The translations under genes and the position numbers were made by a program. 64,000 nucleotides of DNA, taken from positions 46,606 through 110,605 of the forward strand of contig JAFRVZ010000006.1 of the NCBI GenBank assembly GCA_017438265.1, written 5' to 3'. This DNA is from Bacteroidales bacterium. Its GTDB lineage: Bacteria > Bacteroidota > Bacteroidia > Bacteroidales > UBA932. Below are positions 40,317-50,139 of the stretch, piece by piece; position 1 is the first letter of the stretch; every line of letters begins with the position of its first letter. The notes beneath the pieces were generated by a model. It saw only the letters and a program-made list of their open reading frames with translations, made no database searches and was not told the DNA's origin.

Positions 40317-42956
40317 ATGGAATTGAACGCGAAATACGACCACCGCGAGGTCGAGGACAAGTGGTACGCCTATTGGCTCGAGAACAAGTTTTTCCATTCG
40401 GAACCGGACAGCCGGGAACCCTATACGATCGTGATTCCGCCGCCGAACGTGACGGGCATCCTCCACATGGGTCACGTGCTGAACAACACCCTCAACGACG
40501 TGCTGATCCGCAAGGCGCGGATGGACGGCAGGAACGCCTGCTGGGTGCCGGGCACGGACCACGCTTCGATCGCCACCGAATCCAAGGTCGTCGCCAAGCT
40601 CAAGGGCATGGGCATCTCCAAGGATGACATCACCCGCGAGGAATTCCTCAAATACGCCTGGGAATGGAAGGAAGAGCACGGCGGCATCATCCTCCAGCAG
40701 CTCCGCAAACTCGGCTGCTCCTGCGACTGGGACCGTACCCGCTTCACGATGGAGCCCGCCCTCTCGGCGGCCGTCATCCGCACCTTCGTCCATTTCTACC
40801 GCAAGGGATGGATCTACAAGGGCGTCCGGATGGTCAACTGGGACCCGGTGGCCCTGACCGCCGTCAGCGACGACGAAGTGATCCACAAGGATACCCAGAG
40901 TCATTTCTACCACTTGAAATACTTTATCTCCGACGGCGCCGGCAACCCGACCGACCAGTACCTCGTGATCGCCACGACCCGCCCGGAGACCATCATGGCC
41001 GACGCGGCGATCTGCGTCAACCCCGCCGATGAGCGCCACCACTGGCTCCGCGGCAAGAAAGTCCTGATCCCGCTGATCAACCGCGAGATTCCCGTCATCG
41101 AGGACGACTACGTCGAGATGGACTTCGGTACCGGCTGCCTCAAGGTGACCCCGGCCCACGACGTCCACGACTATGAAATCGGCCTGCGCCACAACCTCCC
41201 GGTCCTCGAGATCATCGACGACCGCGGCCGCCTGAACGAGAAGGCGCAGATCCTTGTCGGCGAGGACCGCTTCGTCGCCCGCAAGAAGATCGTCGGGATG
41301 CTCGAAGAAGCCGGCAACCTCCTCAAGATAGAAGACTATACCTCTCCGGTGGGCTACAGCGAGCGCACCGACGCCGTCATCGAGCCGAAGCTCTCCGCCC
41401 AGTGGTTCCTGAAGATGGACCTCCTTGCGAAGACCGCCCTCGAGACCGTCGAAAGCGGCCGGACCCGCTTCATCCCGGAGCGCTACTACAACACCTACCG
41501 CCACTGGATGGAGAACGCCCGCGACTGGTGCATCTCCCGCCAGCTCTGGTGGGGCCAGCGCATCCCCGCCTGGTACCTGCCGGACGGCCAGGTCGTCGTT
41601 GAACCGGACGCGGAAGCGGCGCTCAAGGCCGCGCAGAAGATCAACCCTGCGCTCACGGCCGCCGACCTCCGCCAGGACGAGGACGTCCTCGACACCTGGT
41701 TCAGCTCCTGGCTCTGGCCGATTTCCGTCTTCGACCCCGAATTCCCCGGCAACCCGGACCACGAGCCGAACGCCGACCTGAAGTACTATTACCCGACCAG
41801 CGACCTCGTGACCGCCCCGGACATCATCTTCTTCTGGGTGGCCCGCATGATCATGGCCGGCGAGGAGTTCATGGGCCGCGAACCGTTCTCGAACGTCTAT
41901 TTTACCGGCATCGTCCGCGACAAGCTCGGACGCAAGATGAGCAAGACCCTCGGCAACAGCCCCGACCCACTCGACCTCATCGCGAAATACGGCGCCGACG
42001 CCGTCCGCATCGGTATGCTCCTCTGCGCGAGCGCCGGCAACGATATCTTCTATGACGAAAGCCAGGTCGAGCAGGGCCGCAACTTCTGCGCAAAGATCTG
42101 GAACTCCTTCCGCCTGGTGCGCGGCTGGACCGTGGACGACGCCGCCCCGCAGGGCGAGGCCGCGGCCCTCGCGGTCCGCTGGTTCTCCGACAAGCTCTCC
42201 CAGACCGTCGCGACCGTGGAGGACCATTATTCCAAGTTCCGCATCTCCGACGCCCTGATGACCGTTTACAGGCTCTTCTGGGACGATTACTGCTCCTGGT
42301 ACCTCGAGCTCGTCAAGCCCGCCTACGGGACGCCGGTCGACCGCAGGACCTACGAGGCGACCCTCGGCTTCTTCGACAGCCTCCTCCGCCTGATCCACCC
42401 GGTCATGCCCTTCATCACCGAAGAGCTCTGGCAGGCCCTCGCCGACCGCAGGGAAGGGGAGACCATCCTCTTCGCCCCGACTCCGAAGGCCGGCGAATAC
42501 AGTGCGCAGCGCATCGCCGACTTCGCCCTCGCCGCCGAGGCGGCCGGTAACATCCGCGCCCTGCGCCAGGAAAAAGGCATTTCCCCGAAGGAACCCCTCG
42601 ACCTGTATGTCGACGCCTCCTTCCCGCAGGAGATGTTCCCGGTGCTCGAGAAGCTGGCCGGCGTGCATGTCTCCGTCGGTGAGGCCGCGGGTGCGGGCGC
42701 ATCCTTCGTCGTCGGCACGAGCAAGCTTTTCGTCGCCCTGGAAGGCCGCGTGGACGCCGCGGAAGAGACCGCCAAGCTCCAGGCCGACCTGGAATACCAG
42801 CGGAAGTTCCTCGCCGGCGTGCGCGCCAAGCTCGCGAACGAGAAGTTCGTCGCCCACGCGCCGGAGGCCGTCGTCGCCGTCGAGCGCAAGAAAGAGGCGG
42901 ACGCCCTCTCCCGCATCGAGGCCATCGAAACGGCCCTCAAGGCCCTCGGGGCATAA
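40317..42956 (+). CDS. valS: Valine--tRNA ligase
   Basis: PPPNVTGILHMGH, GTDHASIAT, DWCISRQLWWG, DVLDTWFSS, KMSKT, C-terminal coiled coil. Confidence 0.98.
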   Translation: MELNAKYDHREVEDKWYAYWLENKFFHSEPDSREPYTIVIPPPNVTGILHMGHVLNNTLNDVLIRKARMDGRNACWVPGTDHASIATESKVVAKLKGMGISKDDITREEFLKYAWEWKEEHGGIILQQLRKLGCSCDWDRTRFTMEPALSAAVIRTFVHFYRKGWIYKGVRMVNWDPVALTAVSDDEVIHKDTQSHFYHLKYFISDGAGNPTDQYLVIATTRPETIMADAAICVNPADERHHWLRGKKVLIPLINREIPVIEDDYVEMDFGTGCLKVTPAHDVHDYEIGLRHNLPVLEIIDDRGRLNEKAQILVGEDRFVARKKIVGMLEEAGNLLKIEDYTSPVGYSERTDAVIEPKLSAQWFLKMDLLAKTALETVESGRTRFIPERYYNTYRHWMENARDWCISRQLWWGQRIPAWYLPDGQVVVEPDAEAALKAAQKINPALTAADLRQDEDVLDTWFSSWLWPISVFDPEFPGNPDHEPNADLKYYYPTSDLVTAPDIIFFWVARMIMAGEEFMGREPFSNVYFTGIVRDKLGRKMSKTLGNSPDPLDLIAKYGADAVRIGMLLCASAGNDIFYDESQVEQGRNFCAKIWNSFRLVRGWTVDDAAPQGEAAALAVRWFSDKLSQTVATVEDHYSKFRISDALMTVYRLFWDDYCSWYLELVKPAYGTPVDRRTYEATLGFFDSLLRLIHPVMPFITEELWQALADRREGETILFAPTPKAGEYSAQRIADFALAAEAAGNIRALRQEKGISPKEPLDLYVDASFPQEMFPVLEKLAGVHVSVGEAAGAGASFVVGTSKLFVALEGRVDAAEETAKLQADLEYQRKFLAGVRAKLANEKFVAHAPEAVVAVERKKEADALSRIEAIETALKALGA

Positions 42957-42962
42957 CCTCCC

Positions 42963-44906
42963 ATGATTTCCCTCGGCGAAGTCACCGTCGCATTCGGCAG
43001 CTCCGTCCTGCTCGACCACGTCAGTTTCCATATCAGCGAGACTGACAAGATCGGGCTGGTCGGCCGCAACGGCGCCGGCAAGACGACGCTGATGCGGATC
43101 ATCTGCGGCATCGACCCGCCGACCTCCGGTTCGGTCGACCGCCCGAACCACCTCACGATCGGCTACCTTCCCCAGCTGATGGAGCACCACCGCGGCCGTA
43201 CGGTCCTCGAAGAGGCGATGACCGCCTTCGACACGCTCCTCGGCGCCGAGCGGGAGATCGCTGCCATCACCGAAGAGATTGCCGGCCGGACCGATTACGA
43301 GTCCGCCGCCTACGAGGCCCTGCTCAGCCGCCTGAACGAGCTGAACGACCTGCTCGCCGTCTCCCAGAGCGAACCGCCCGAGGTCCGCGCCCGCCGCACC
43401 CTGAAGGGCCTGGGCTTCCGCGAGGACGAACTCGGCCGGAAGACCGAGACCTTCAGCCAGGGCTGGAACATGCGCATCGAGCTGGCGAAGCTCCTCCTGC
43501 GCGACCCGGACGTCCTGCTCCTCGACGAGCCGACGAACCACCTCGACATCGAGTCCATCGAGTGGCTCGAGAGCTACCTGAAGGCCTTCCGCGGGGCGCT
43601 GATGCTTGTCTCCCACGACCGCAAGTTCCTGGACAACGTGACGGAACGGACCGTCGAGATCATGCTCGGCAAGATCTACGACTACAAGGTCCCGTACAGC
43701 CGCTACACGGTCCTGCGCGCCGAACGCGTCGCCCAGCAGACCGCCGCCTACGAGAACCAGCAGCGGATGATCGAGAAATCCGAGGATTTCATCAACCGCT
43801 TCCGCTACAAGCCGACCAAGTCGAACCAGGTCCAGTCCCGGATCAAGGCGCTCGAAAAGCTGGAGCGCATCGAGATCGACGAGACGGACAGCTCCCGCAT
43901 CCGGGTGAAGTTCCCGCCGGCGCCGCGCGCCGGGGACGTGGTCTTCCGGGCGACGGGGCTGGAAGCCGGCTATCCCGGCAAGGTCGTCTTCCGCGATGCG
44001 GACATCGAAGTGAAAAGGGGAGAGAAGGTGGCCCTGATCGGGCGCAACGGCGAGGGCAAGACCACGCTGATGCGCATCCTGACCGGAGAGCTGGCGCCCC
44101 TGGCCGGCGAGGCCCGCATTGGCCACAACGTCCTGACCGGCTATTTCGCCCAGAACCAGGAGGAAGTCCTCGACGGGAAGGAGACTGTCTTCTCCACGCT
44201 CGACCGCATCGCCGTCGGCGACGTCCGCTCGCGCCTGCGCGACATCCTCGGCGCCTTCCTCTTCAGAGGGGAGGACATCGACAAGCGGGTCTCCGTCCTC
44301 AGCGGCGGCGAACGCGCGCGGCTCGGCATGGCCAAGCTCCTGCTCCAGAACTACAACCTCCTCGCGCTCGACGAGCCGACCAACCACATGGACATCCGCT
44401 CCAAGGACGTCCTGAAGCAGGCCCTGCTGGACTACGACGGCTCCCTGGTCATCGTCTCGCACGACCGCGACTTCCTCGACGGCCTGGTCGACAAGTTCTA
44501 CGAATTCCGCGACGGACGCGTCAAGGAACACCTGGAATCCTTTTCCGTGTTCCTGGAGCAACGCCACCTCGAGACGCTCCGCGAGCTCGAGCGGAAGGCG
44601 GAGCCCGCCGCGGCGCAGCCGCAGGCTCCGGCAGCTGCCGCTCCGGCGCCCGCGGGCAAGCGCGTCTCCTGGGAGGAGGCCCGTTCCCGCAGCAAGGAAG
44701 CCCGCCGCATCCGCGACCGCATCGCCTGGCTGGAAAACGGGATTACGAAGCTGGAAGCGGAGATGAAGCGCCTGGAAAGTATTCTTTCGAATCCGGGTGA
44801 AAATGATGATATTATGGAGCTTACGCGCTCTTACCTGGAGTATCAGAGAGATCTGGATGCCAAGACGGCCGAGTGGGGGGAGCTCCTCGAAAAACAAGAT
44901 TTATGA
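42963..44906 (+). CDS. ABC-F family ATPase
   Basis: Two NBDs (GRNGAGKT / GRNGEGKT, FSQGW / LSGGE, LDEPTNH, VSHDR), no TM segments, C-terminal coiled coil. Confidence 0.93.
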   Translation: MISLGEVTVAFGSSVLLDHVSFHISETDKIGLVGRNGAGKTTLMRIICGIDPPTSGSVDRPNHLTIGYLPQLMEHHRGRTVLEEAMTAFDTLLGAEREIAAITEEIAGRTDYESAAYEALLSRLNELNDLLAVSQSEPPEVRARRTLKGLGFREDELGRKTETFSQGWNMRIELAKLLLRDPDVLLLDEPTNHLDIESIEWLESYLKAFRGALMLVSHDRKFLDNVTERTVEIMLGKIYDYKVPYSRYTVLRAERVAQQTAAYENQQRMIEKSEDFINRFRYKPTKSNQVQSRIKALEKLERIEIDETDSSRIRVKFPPAPRAGDVVFRATGLEAGYPGKVVFRDADIEVKRGEKVALIGRNGEGKTTLMRILTGELAPLAGEARIGHNVLTGYFAQNQEEVLDGKETVFSTLDRIAVGDVRSRLRDILGAFLFRGEDIDKRVSVLSGGERARLGMAKLLLQNYNLLALDEPTNHMDIRSKDVLKQALLDYDGSLVIVSHDRDFLDGLVDKFYEFRDGRVKEHLESFSVFLEQRHLETLRELERKAEPAAAQPQAPAAAAPAPAGKRVSWEEARSRSKEARRIRDRIAWLENGITKLEAEMKRLESILSNPGENDDIMELTRSYLEYQRDLDAKTAEWGELLEKQDL

Positions 44907-45982
44907 TCGTCCTTGATTCCCATTGCGACAGCCCCTCCCAGATGGTGCGGCTGCGCGATTTCCGCCGCGACAACGACCATGCCCAGGTGGACTTCCCGAA
45001 ACTGAAAGCCGGCGGCGTGGACGCCTCCTTCTTTGCGCTCTTCACCCCGAACCGGCTGGCCCCGGCCGAGGCGCATGCCTATGCGCTCCGGCTGCTCGAC
45101 GAGCTGGACCGCCAGGTCTGGGAAAACGGGGATCTGGTCGCCTTTGCACATTCTGCTGAAGAAGTTGAGATAAATAAGCAGAAAGGATTGATATCCATTT
45201 TGATAGGAATGGAGAACGGATCGCCGCTGATGGGCTCGGTCGCGGAGATGGAGGCCTTCTGGAAACGGGGCGTCCGCTACATCACGCTATGCCACAACGG
45301 GGACAATGACATCTGCGATTCCTGTGCGGGCGAAGGACGCTGGGGCGGACTGAGCCCGTTCGGCCGGGAGCTGGTCGCGGCGATGAACCGGCAGGGGATG
45401 CTGATCGACATCGCCCATGCCGCGGATGCGACCGTCCGGGATTGCCTGGAGTACTCCGAGGCCCCGATCATTTCGACGCACTCCTGCTGCCGGGCGCTGG
45501 CCTCCCACCGCCGGAACCTGCCGGACGAGCTGATCCGCGGCATCGCGGAGAAGGGCGGGGTGGTCCAGGTCAACTTTTACCCGGTCTTCCTGTCGGACGA
45601 ATTCGCCCGCGTGCTCGCCGACTCCGGGCTGGAGGAGCGGATGGACGCCGAGGACCGCTTCATCGCGAACCCGGCGGACCCGGCGGCCCGCGCCGCCTGG
45701 AACGAAGTCCAGGATGCGCTGATCGCCCTGCCGCGTCCGGGTGTCCGGGAAATCGCGGACCACATCGACCACGTCGTCCGGATCGCCGGCATCGACGCCG
45801 TCGGCATCGGGACGGACTTCGACGGAATCGAAGTACCGCCGTCCGGACTGGAGACGGTGGCCCGGCTGCCGCTGCTCTTCGGGGAGCTGCGCTCCCGCGG
45901 TTACGACGAGGCGGCCATCGCGAAGATTGCCGGGGGGAATTTCCTTCGGGTCCTGCGAAAAGTGCAGGAAAAGCGGTGTTAA
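44903..45982 (+). CDS. Membrane dipeptidase (M19 family)
   Basis: DSHCD, GMENG, TLCHN, DIAH, STHS, RNLPDE, GIGTDFDG, GGNFLRV. Confidence 0.9.
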   Translation: MIVLDSHCDSPSQMVRLRDFRRDNDHAQVDFPKLKAGGVDASFFALFTPNRLAPAEAHAYALRLLDELDRQVWENGDLVAFAHSAEEVEINKQKGLISILIGMENGSPLMGSVAEMEAFWKRGVRYITLCHNGDNDICDSCAGEGRWGGLSPFGRELVAAMNRQGMLIDIAHAADATVRDCLEYSEAPIISTHSCCRALASHRRNLPDELIRGIAEKGGVVQVNFYPVFLSDEFARVLADSGLEERMDAEDRFIANPADPAARAAWNEVQDALIALPRPGVREIADHIDHVVRIAGIDAVGIGTDFDGIEVPPSGLETVARLPLLFGELRSRGYDEAAIAKIAGGNFLRVLRKVQEKRC

Positions 45983-45990
45983 CAAAAATG

Positions 45991-47301
45991 TTAACAGATT
46001 AAACTCTTTTGTTTTGTAACCTCTTTATCAGCTAGTTGGCGCTCATTTTCGAGGTAGAGCCGCAATTCGTTCAAGGCGGAGGCGGCGAAGCGCTCGATGT
46101 TCCTTTCGCGGCCGTTTTTGTACTGGAAACGGGCGGCGCGGGTCCCTTCCGGACCGCTGACGGCGACCCAGACGGTCCCCGCCGGCTCGAATTCGTCGCC
46201 GGTTTTATCGGCCCATCCGGTCGTCGCGACGGCATAGGTGCAGCCCAGAAGCTTCCGGGCGCCTTCGGCCATCTGCGAAGCTACTTCCTTGCTGACGATG
46301 CCTTTGGTCTTGATTACCTCATCCTCAACTCCGAGTAACTTCTCTTTAATTTCTGCTGCATAAGATGTTATACTTCCTTTATAGTACTCGGAGGAGCCGC
46401 TGACGGAAGTGATCAGGTGGGAGATCATCCCGCCGGTTGCGGACTCGGCGGCGCAGAGGGTCTTGCCGGTGCCGCGCAGCAGACGGCCTATCGTGGCCTG
46501 CAGCGTGTCGTCCTGCTCCGAATAGAGGTACGATCCCAGCAACGGCCTTAAGGCCCGGATTTGGGCCTCTATGAGGCTTTCCGCGGCGGCTTCTTCCATC
46601 CCGTAGGCGGACAGGCGCAGCCGGACGCCGGTCAGCTGGTTCGGCAGGTAGGCGAGGTGGAGCTGCGGGGGGAGGGCGTCCTCCCAGGCTTCGATCTTCT
46701 TCGCCAGGGCGGATTCCGCGAGGCCGTAGACCATCAGGGTCTTGTGGCGGATGTCCGAGAGGGGATAGTGGGCACGGATGTCGGCGATGAGGTCCGGGAT
46801 GGCGCCGAGGGCCTCGTAGGGGACGCCGGGCAGGGAATACAGGGTCGCCGGGTGGCCGTAGCGGGCTGCGTCGAAGCGGAAGACCATGACGGGGGCCGTC
46901 CCGAGCTTGTTTTCAATCACGTCGCATCCTTCCGGGACCATTGCCTGCTGCAGGTTGACGTCGAGCACGTCGAGGCCGCGGGAGTGGAGGATGCTGATGA
47001 CGCGCGCCTTCTGGCCGGCGTGCTCATACCAGCCTTCGCGGCCCCAGAGGCGGGCGAGGGCGGGTTTGGTGATGTCGTCCTTCGTCGGCCCGAGGCCGCC
47101 GGTCGCGACGACGACGTCGCTGCTGCGCAGGGCGGCGTCCAGGTCCGCGACGATGCGGTCCCCGTCGTCCGGGATGGAGGTCATGGCGGTCACGCGGACG
47201 CCGGTTTCGCCGAGGGCGCGTGCGATATGGGATGAGTTGGTGTCGACGATCTGTCCGATCAGGATCTCGTCGCCGATGGTGCAGACGGATGCGGTAATCA
47301 T
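45991..47301 (-). CDS. cinA: CinA / NMN deamidase family protein
   Basis: IGDEILIGQIVDTN, GGLGPTKDD, LPGVP, AESATGG, GSSEYYKG, MAEG. Confidence 0.93.
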   Translation of the reverse strand: MITASVCTIGDEILIGQIVDTNSSHIARALGETGVRVTAMTSIPDDGDRIVADLDAALRSSDVVVATGGLGPTKDDITKPALARLWGREGWYEHAGQKARVISILHSRGLDVLDVNLQQAMVPEGCDVIENKLGTAPVMVFRFDAARYGHPATLYSLPGVPYEALGAIPDLIADIRAHYPLSDIRHKTLMVYGLAESALAKKIEAWEDALPPQLHLAYLPNQLTGVRLRLSAYGMEEAAAESLIEAQIRALRPLLGSYLYSEQDDTLQATIGRLLRGTGKTLCAAESATGGMISHLITSVSGSSEYYKGSITSYAAEIKEKLLGVEDEVIKTKGIVSKEVASQMAEGARKLLGCTYAVATTGWADKTGDEFEPAGTVWVAVSGPEGTRAARFQYKNGRERNIERFAASALNELRLYLENERQLADKEVTKQKSLIC

Positions 47302-47963
47302 TTTTTCGGTTCCTCCAGGAGTTTCCGGGCGCGGCGCAGGACGGAGCGGCCTGCGCGCGGGGTCTTCAGCAGGGCCATGAGCGCACCGCTGCGGAGGGCT
47401 TCCGCGACGGCCTCGGGGCCGGTTTCCTCCAGGTCGGCAAGGACGTCGTAACGGCCTTGTGTCTTTTCGATAAGTTCTTTATAATTAGCGGATACGACAG
47501 CGTCAATTCCATAAAACCTACAATAGTGGAGGATGCCGTCGACCGTCGTCCCGGAGAGGGTCTTGCTCAGGCGGACGGCAATCGGCTTGTAGCGGTCCTC
47601 ACGGGCGCGGACGACCAGCATGGCGGAGAGGATGTCCTCCGCCAGGTCGGCAATCCGGTAATCGAGGTTGACGATGAAGAAATCGGCGAAGTCGTACAGG
47701 ATCGTGAAGCGGTTTTCCATATCCCGGAGGATGGCGTCCTCCCGTTCGCTTTCCGGGAAAGGGGAGAGCGCGAGCGCGAGCGTAGCCCCGGCGTGGGAAC
47801 GGCCCGAGAGCAGGTCCACGGTCGCCCGCGGATCCCCGTCGAACGGCCCGTATTCCAGCACGGAAAAGCCTCTCAGGGCATACAGACGCATCCGGCGCAT
47901 CGCCGGATCGCCCGTCACGCTCAGCCCGACCCTGCCGGCGGGAATCAGATAATCAGAAAACAT
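47298..47963 (-). CDS. Hypothetical protein resembling a degenerate class 2 dihydroorotate dehydrogenase barrel
   Basis: Colinear remnants RVGL, GFSVLEYG, LYDFADFFIVN, KPIAVRLS, GIDAVVSAN, EKTQG, ALRSGA; has its own promoter (47981-47988); overlaps the cinA start. Confidence 0.6.
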   Translation of the reverse strand: MFSDYLIPAGRVGLSVTGDPAMRRMRLYALRGFSVLEYGPFDGDPRATVDLLSGRSHAGATLALALSPFPESEREDAILRDMENRFTILYDFADFFIVNLDYRIADLAEDILSAMLVVRAREDRYKPIAVRLSKTLSGTTVDGILHYCRFYGIDAVVSANYKELIEKTQGRYDVLADLEETGPEAVAEALRSGALMALLKTPRAGRSVLRRARKLLEEPKK

Positions 47964-48002
47964 AGCGTACCTGTTTTCCGCAAAGGTACGAAAAAGTTTC
48001 GC

Positions 48003-48410
48003 TTAAAGTTCCGCGTAGGTATTGTCGTCGTAGAAGACGAGGACCTTGCGGATGCGGCGCGGCGCCGGCGGCAGGGGAGCCGCGGTTTCAGGGGCCCTGT
48101 CGAGGACCAGGTCCAGGACCGGTTCTTCCTCCGTTTCCTGCGCTGCAGGGGCCTCTGCAGGCGGTTCCGGCAGGGGAGCGGGCTCCGGCGCGGGGGCGGC
48201 GGCCTTGTACATCTTGCCGCGTCCGGTAATCAGCCACTCGAGGTTCAGGCCGGGGTAGTGGCGGCCCAGGCTTTCGATGAAATCGAAGCCGGGCTTGTTG
48301 CGGCCGGCGAGGATATGGGAGACGCTGGCGCGTGCGACGTGGATCGTATCGGCGAGTTGCGCCTGGGAAATGTTCTCGGCCGTTAAAAAATGCTGCAAAC
48401 GGGTGTTCAT
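48003..48410 (-). CDS. XRE-family HTH transcriptional regulator
   Basis: ISQAQLADTIHVARASVSHILAGRNKPGFDF, LEWLITGRG, Ala/Pro linker, C-terminal KVLVFYDDNTY. Confidence 0.88.
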   Translation of the reverse strand: MNTRLQHFLTAENISQAQLADTIHVARASVSHILAGRNKPGFDFIESLGRHYPGLNLEWLITGRGKMYKAAAPAPEPAPLPEPPAEAPAAQETEEEPVLDLVLDRAPETAAPLPPAPRRIRKVLVFYDDNTYAEL

Positions 48411-48901
48411 CTGGAAACGGATCTGGTTGACACAAATGTAAACAATTATTCGCTTGCGCGCAAGCCGAAATTTACAAGTTACAAATCTTAATTCTTGTCC
48501 AAATGCCCGAAAGCGGGCGGAAAACACCTGGAATTTATATAAGATAAATATTGATACTTGCTTGGTTATTAATATAATACTTTGAAATTACTTATTCAAT
48601 GAAACGTCAGGTCGCGATTTCCTTTGCCGCCACCCGGTGACTGCGCTGGAACGATTCTCCATATGAGAATATATAAATATCTGAGTTTTAGAAAGTAAAA
48701 TAAACATCATCTTTTTGATAATAATCCTTTATGTTATTTTTGTGAACATACACTGACGGCGATTCGTTTATTTATGTGAATTTACAAATACAAACTAACA
48801 TCGATTTGAGAAATTACAAATGTTAACACCCTTCAAAATGGGATAAAATGTTTTGTTCCATTTTCTGCACATCGAAAATAGTTCGTATCTTTGCGTAAGC
48901 T
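48411..48901. promoter_or_regulatory. About 490-bp AT-rich divergent intergenic region with repeated TTACAA/ACAAAT motifs
   Basis: Promoters TACATTTG (minus, 48433-48440) and TATCTTTG (plus, 48886-48893); TTACAA at 48472, 48479, 48782 and 48814. Confidence 0.65.
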
Positions 48902-50110
48902 ATGATTCCGAGCATTAATACCGCCGATTTCTCCTACCCGCTCGACGAGGAGCGGATTGCCAAATATCCGCTGCCGGAGCGCGATGCGTCGAAACTGCTG
49001 CGTTATCGCGGCGGACAGGTGGATGAATTCCACTTCCGGGACCTTCCGGACCTCCTTCCGGACGATGCGATGCTGGTTTTCAACGATACAAAGGTGGTTC
49101 CTGCGCGGCTGTTCTTCCGGCGCGAGACCGGCGCCCATATCGAGGTATTCTGCCTCGAACCCGTGGAGCCGTCCGAATATGCGCTCGTTTTTGCTGCTGT
49201 CGGCCGCTGCCGCTGGAAATGCGTCATCGGTAACGCGAAGCGCTGGAAGGGGGAATGGATCCGCCTGGCCTGTGATGAAGGAGATGCTGCGCTGGCGGCG
49301 CTGGACCTGCAGGCGATGCTCGTGGAGCGGGAGGGCCAGACCGGCGTGGTGGAATTCCGCTGGCAGGGGGATGTGCCTTTCTCACAGGTACTGGAACGCT
49401 GCGGGAATATGCCGATTCCGCCGTATTTGAACCGCCGGACGGAGGCGGTGGACCTGGAGCGCTACCAGACGCTTTATGCGCGCTACAGGGGCTCTGTGGC
49501 GGCTCCGACGGCCGGCCTGCACTTTACGCAGCGGGTGCTGGACGCCATCGCCGCGAAGGGGATTCCGCTGGAGGAGGTCTGCCTCCATGTCGGCGCCGGA
49601 ACCTTCCTGCCCGTCAAGGGGGGCGACGTCGCGGCCCATCCGATGCACCGGGAGCCTTTCTCCGTGCGCCTGGAGCTGCTCCGCAAGCTGCGGGAGGGTT
49701 CCCGTAGGGTCGTCGCCGTGGGGACGACCTCCGTGCGTACGCTCGAATCCCTCTACTATGCGGGTGTCGCCTGCCTGGAAAAGGGGGCGCCGGAAGAGAT
49801 TGACCAGTGGGCCCCGTACACGCGGGAATACCCTTATTCCACCGAAGAGGCGCTGGACGCGCTGATCGCCTGGCTGGAACGCACCGGCCGCGACACGCTC
49901 CGCCTCGCCACGCGCATCATCATCGTTCCGGGCTTCCGCTTCCGCATTGTGGAGATGCTGGTGACCAATTTCCACCAGCCGGAGAGCACGCTGATCCTGC
50001 TGGTGTCCGCCTTTGTCGGCGGGGACTGGCGGACGATCTACGATTATGCGCTCGCGCATGACTTCCGCTTCCTGAGCTACGGCGACAGTTCGCTGTTGCT
50101 GCGCGCCTGA
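48902..50110 (+). CDS. queA: S-adenosylmethionine:tRNA ribosyltransferase-isomerase
   Basis: VFNDTKVVPARL, PIPPYL, RYQT, SVAAPTAGLHF, LHVGAGTF, VGTTSVR, TNFHQP, FLSYGD. Confidence 0.96.
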   Translation: MIPSINTADFSYPLDEERIAKYPLPERDASKLLRYRGGQVDEFHFRDLPDLLPDDAMLVFNDTKVVPARLFFRRETGAHIEVFCLEPVEPSEYALVFAAVGRCRWKCVIGNAKRWKGEWIRLACDEGDAALAALDLQAMLVEREGQTGVVEFRWQGDVPFSQVLERCGNMPIPPYLNRRTEAVDLERYQTLYARYRGSVAAPTAGLHFTQRVLDAIAAKGIPLEEVCLHVGAGTFLPVKGGDVAAHPMHREPFSVRLELLRKLREGSRRVVAVGTTSVRTLESLYYAGVACLEKGAPEEIDQWAPYTREYPYSTEEALDALIAWLERTGRDTLRLATRIIIVPGFRFRIVEMLVTNFHQPESTLILLVSAFVGGDWRTIYDYALAHDFRFLSYGDSSLLLRA

Positions 50111-50139
50111 TTTTTTATTACATTTGAAAAATTGACTTT

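Noticed and set aside
44600-44660. Ala/Pro-rich low-complexity runs in ABC-F (and at 48130-48200 in the XRE gene)
   Set aside because: Ordinary flexible linkers without exact DNA periodicity.
39924-44897. 1657-aa minus-strand ORF
   Set aside because: Antisense shadow of valS and ABC-F caused by GC3-rich codons; only the last 104 codons (DUF3467) are a real gene.
48411-48901. Canonical oriC
   Set aside because: No perfect TTATCCACA boxes and no dnaA/dnaN/gidA in the window; kept only as a hypothesis in the findings.
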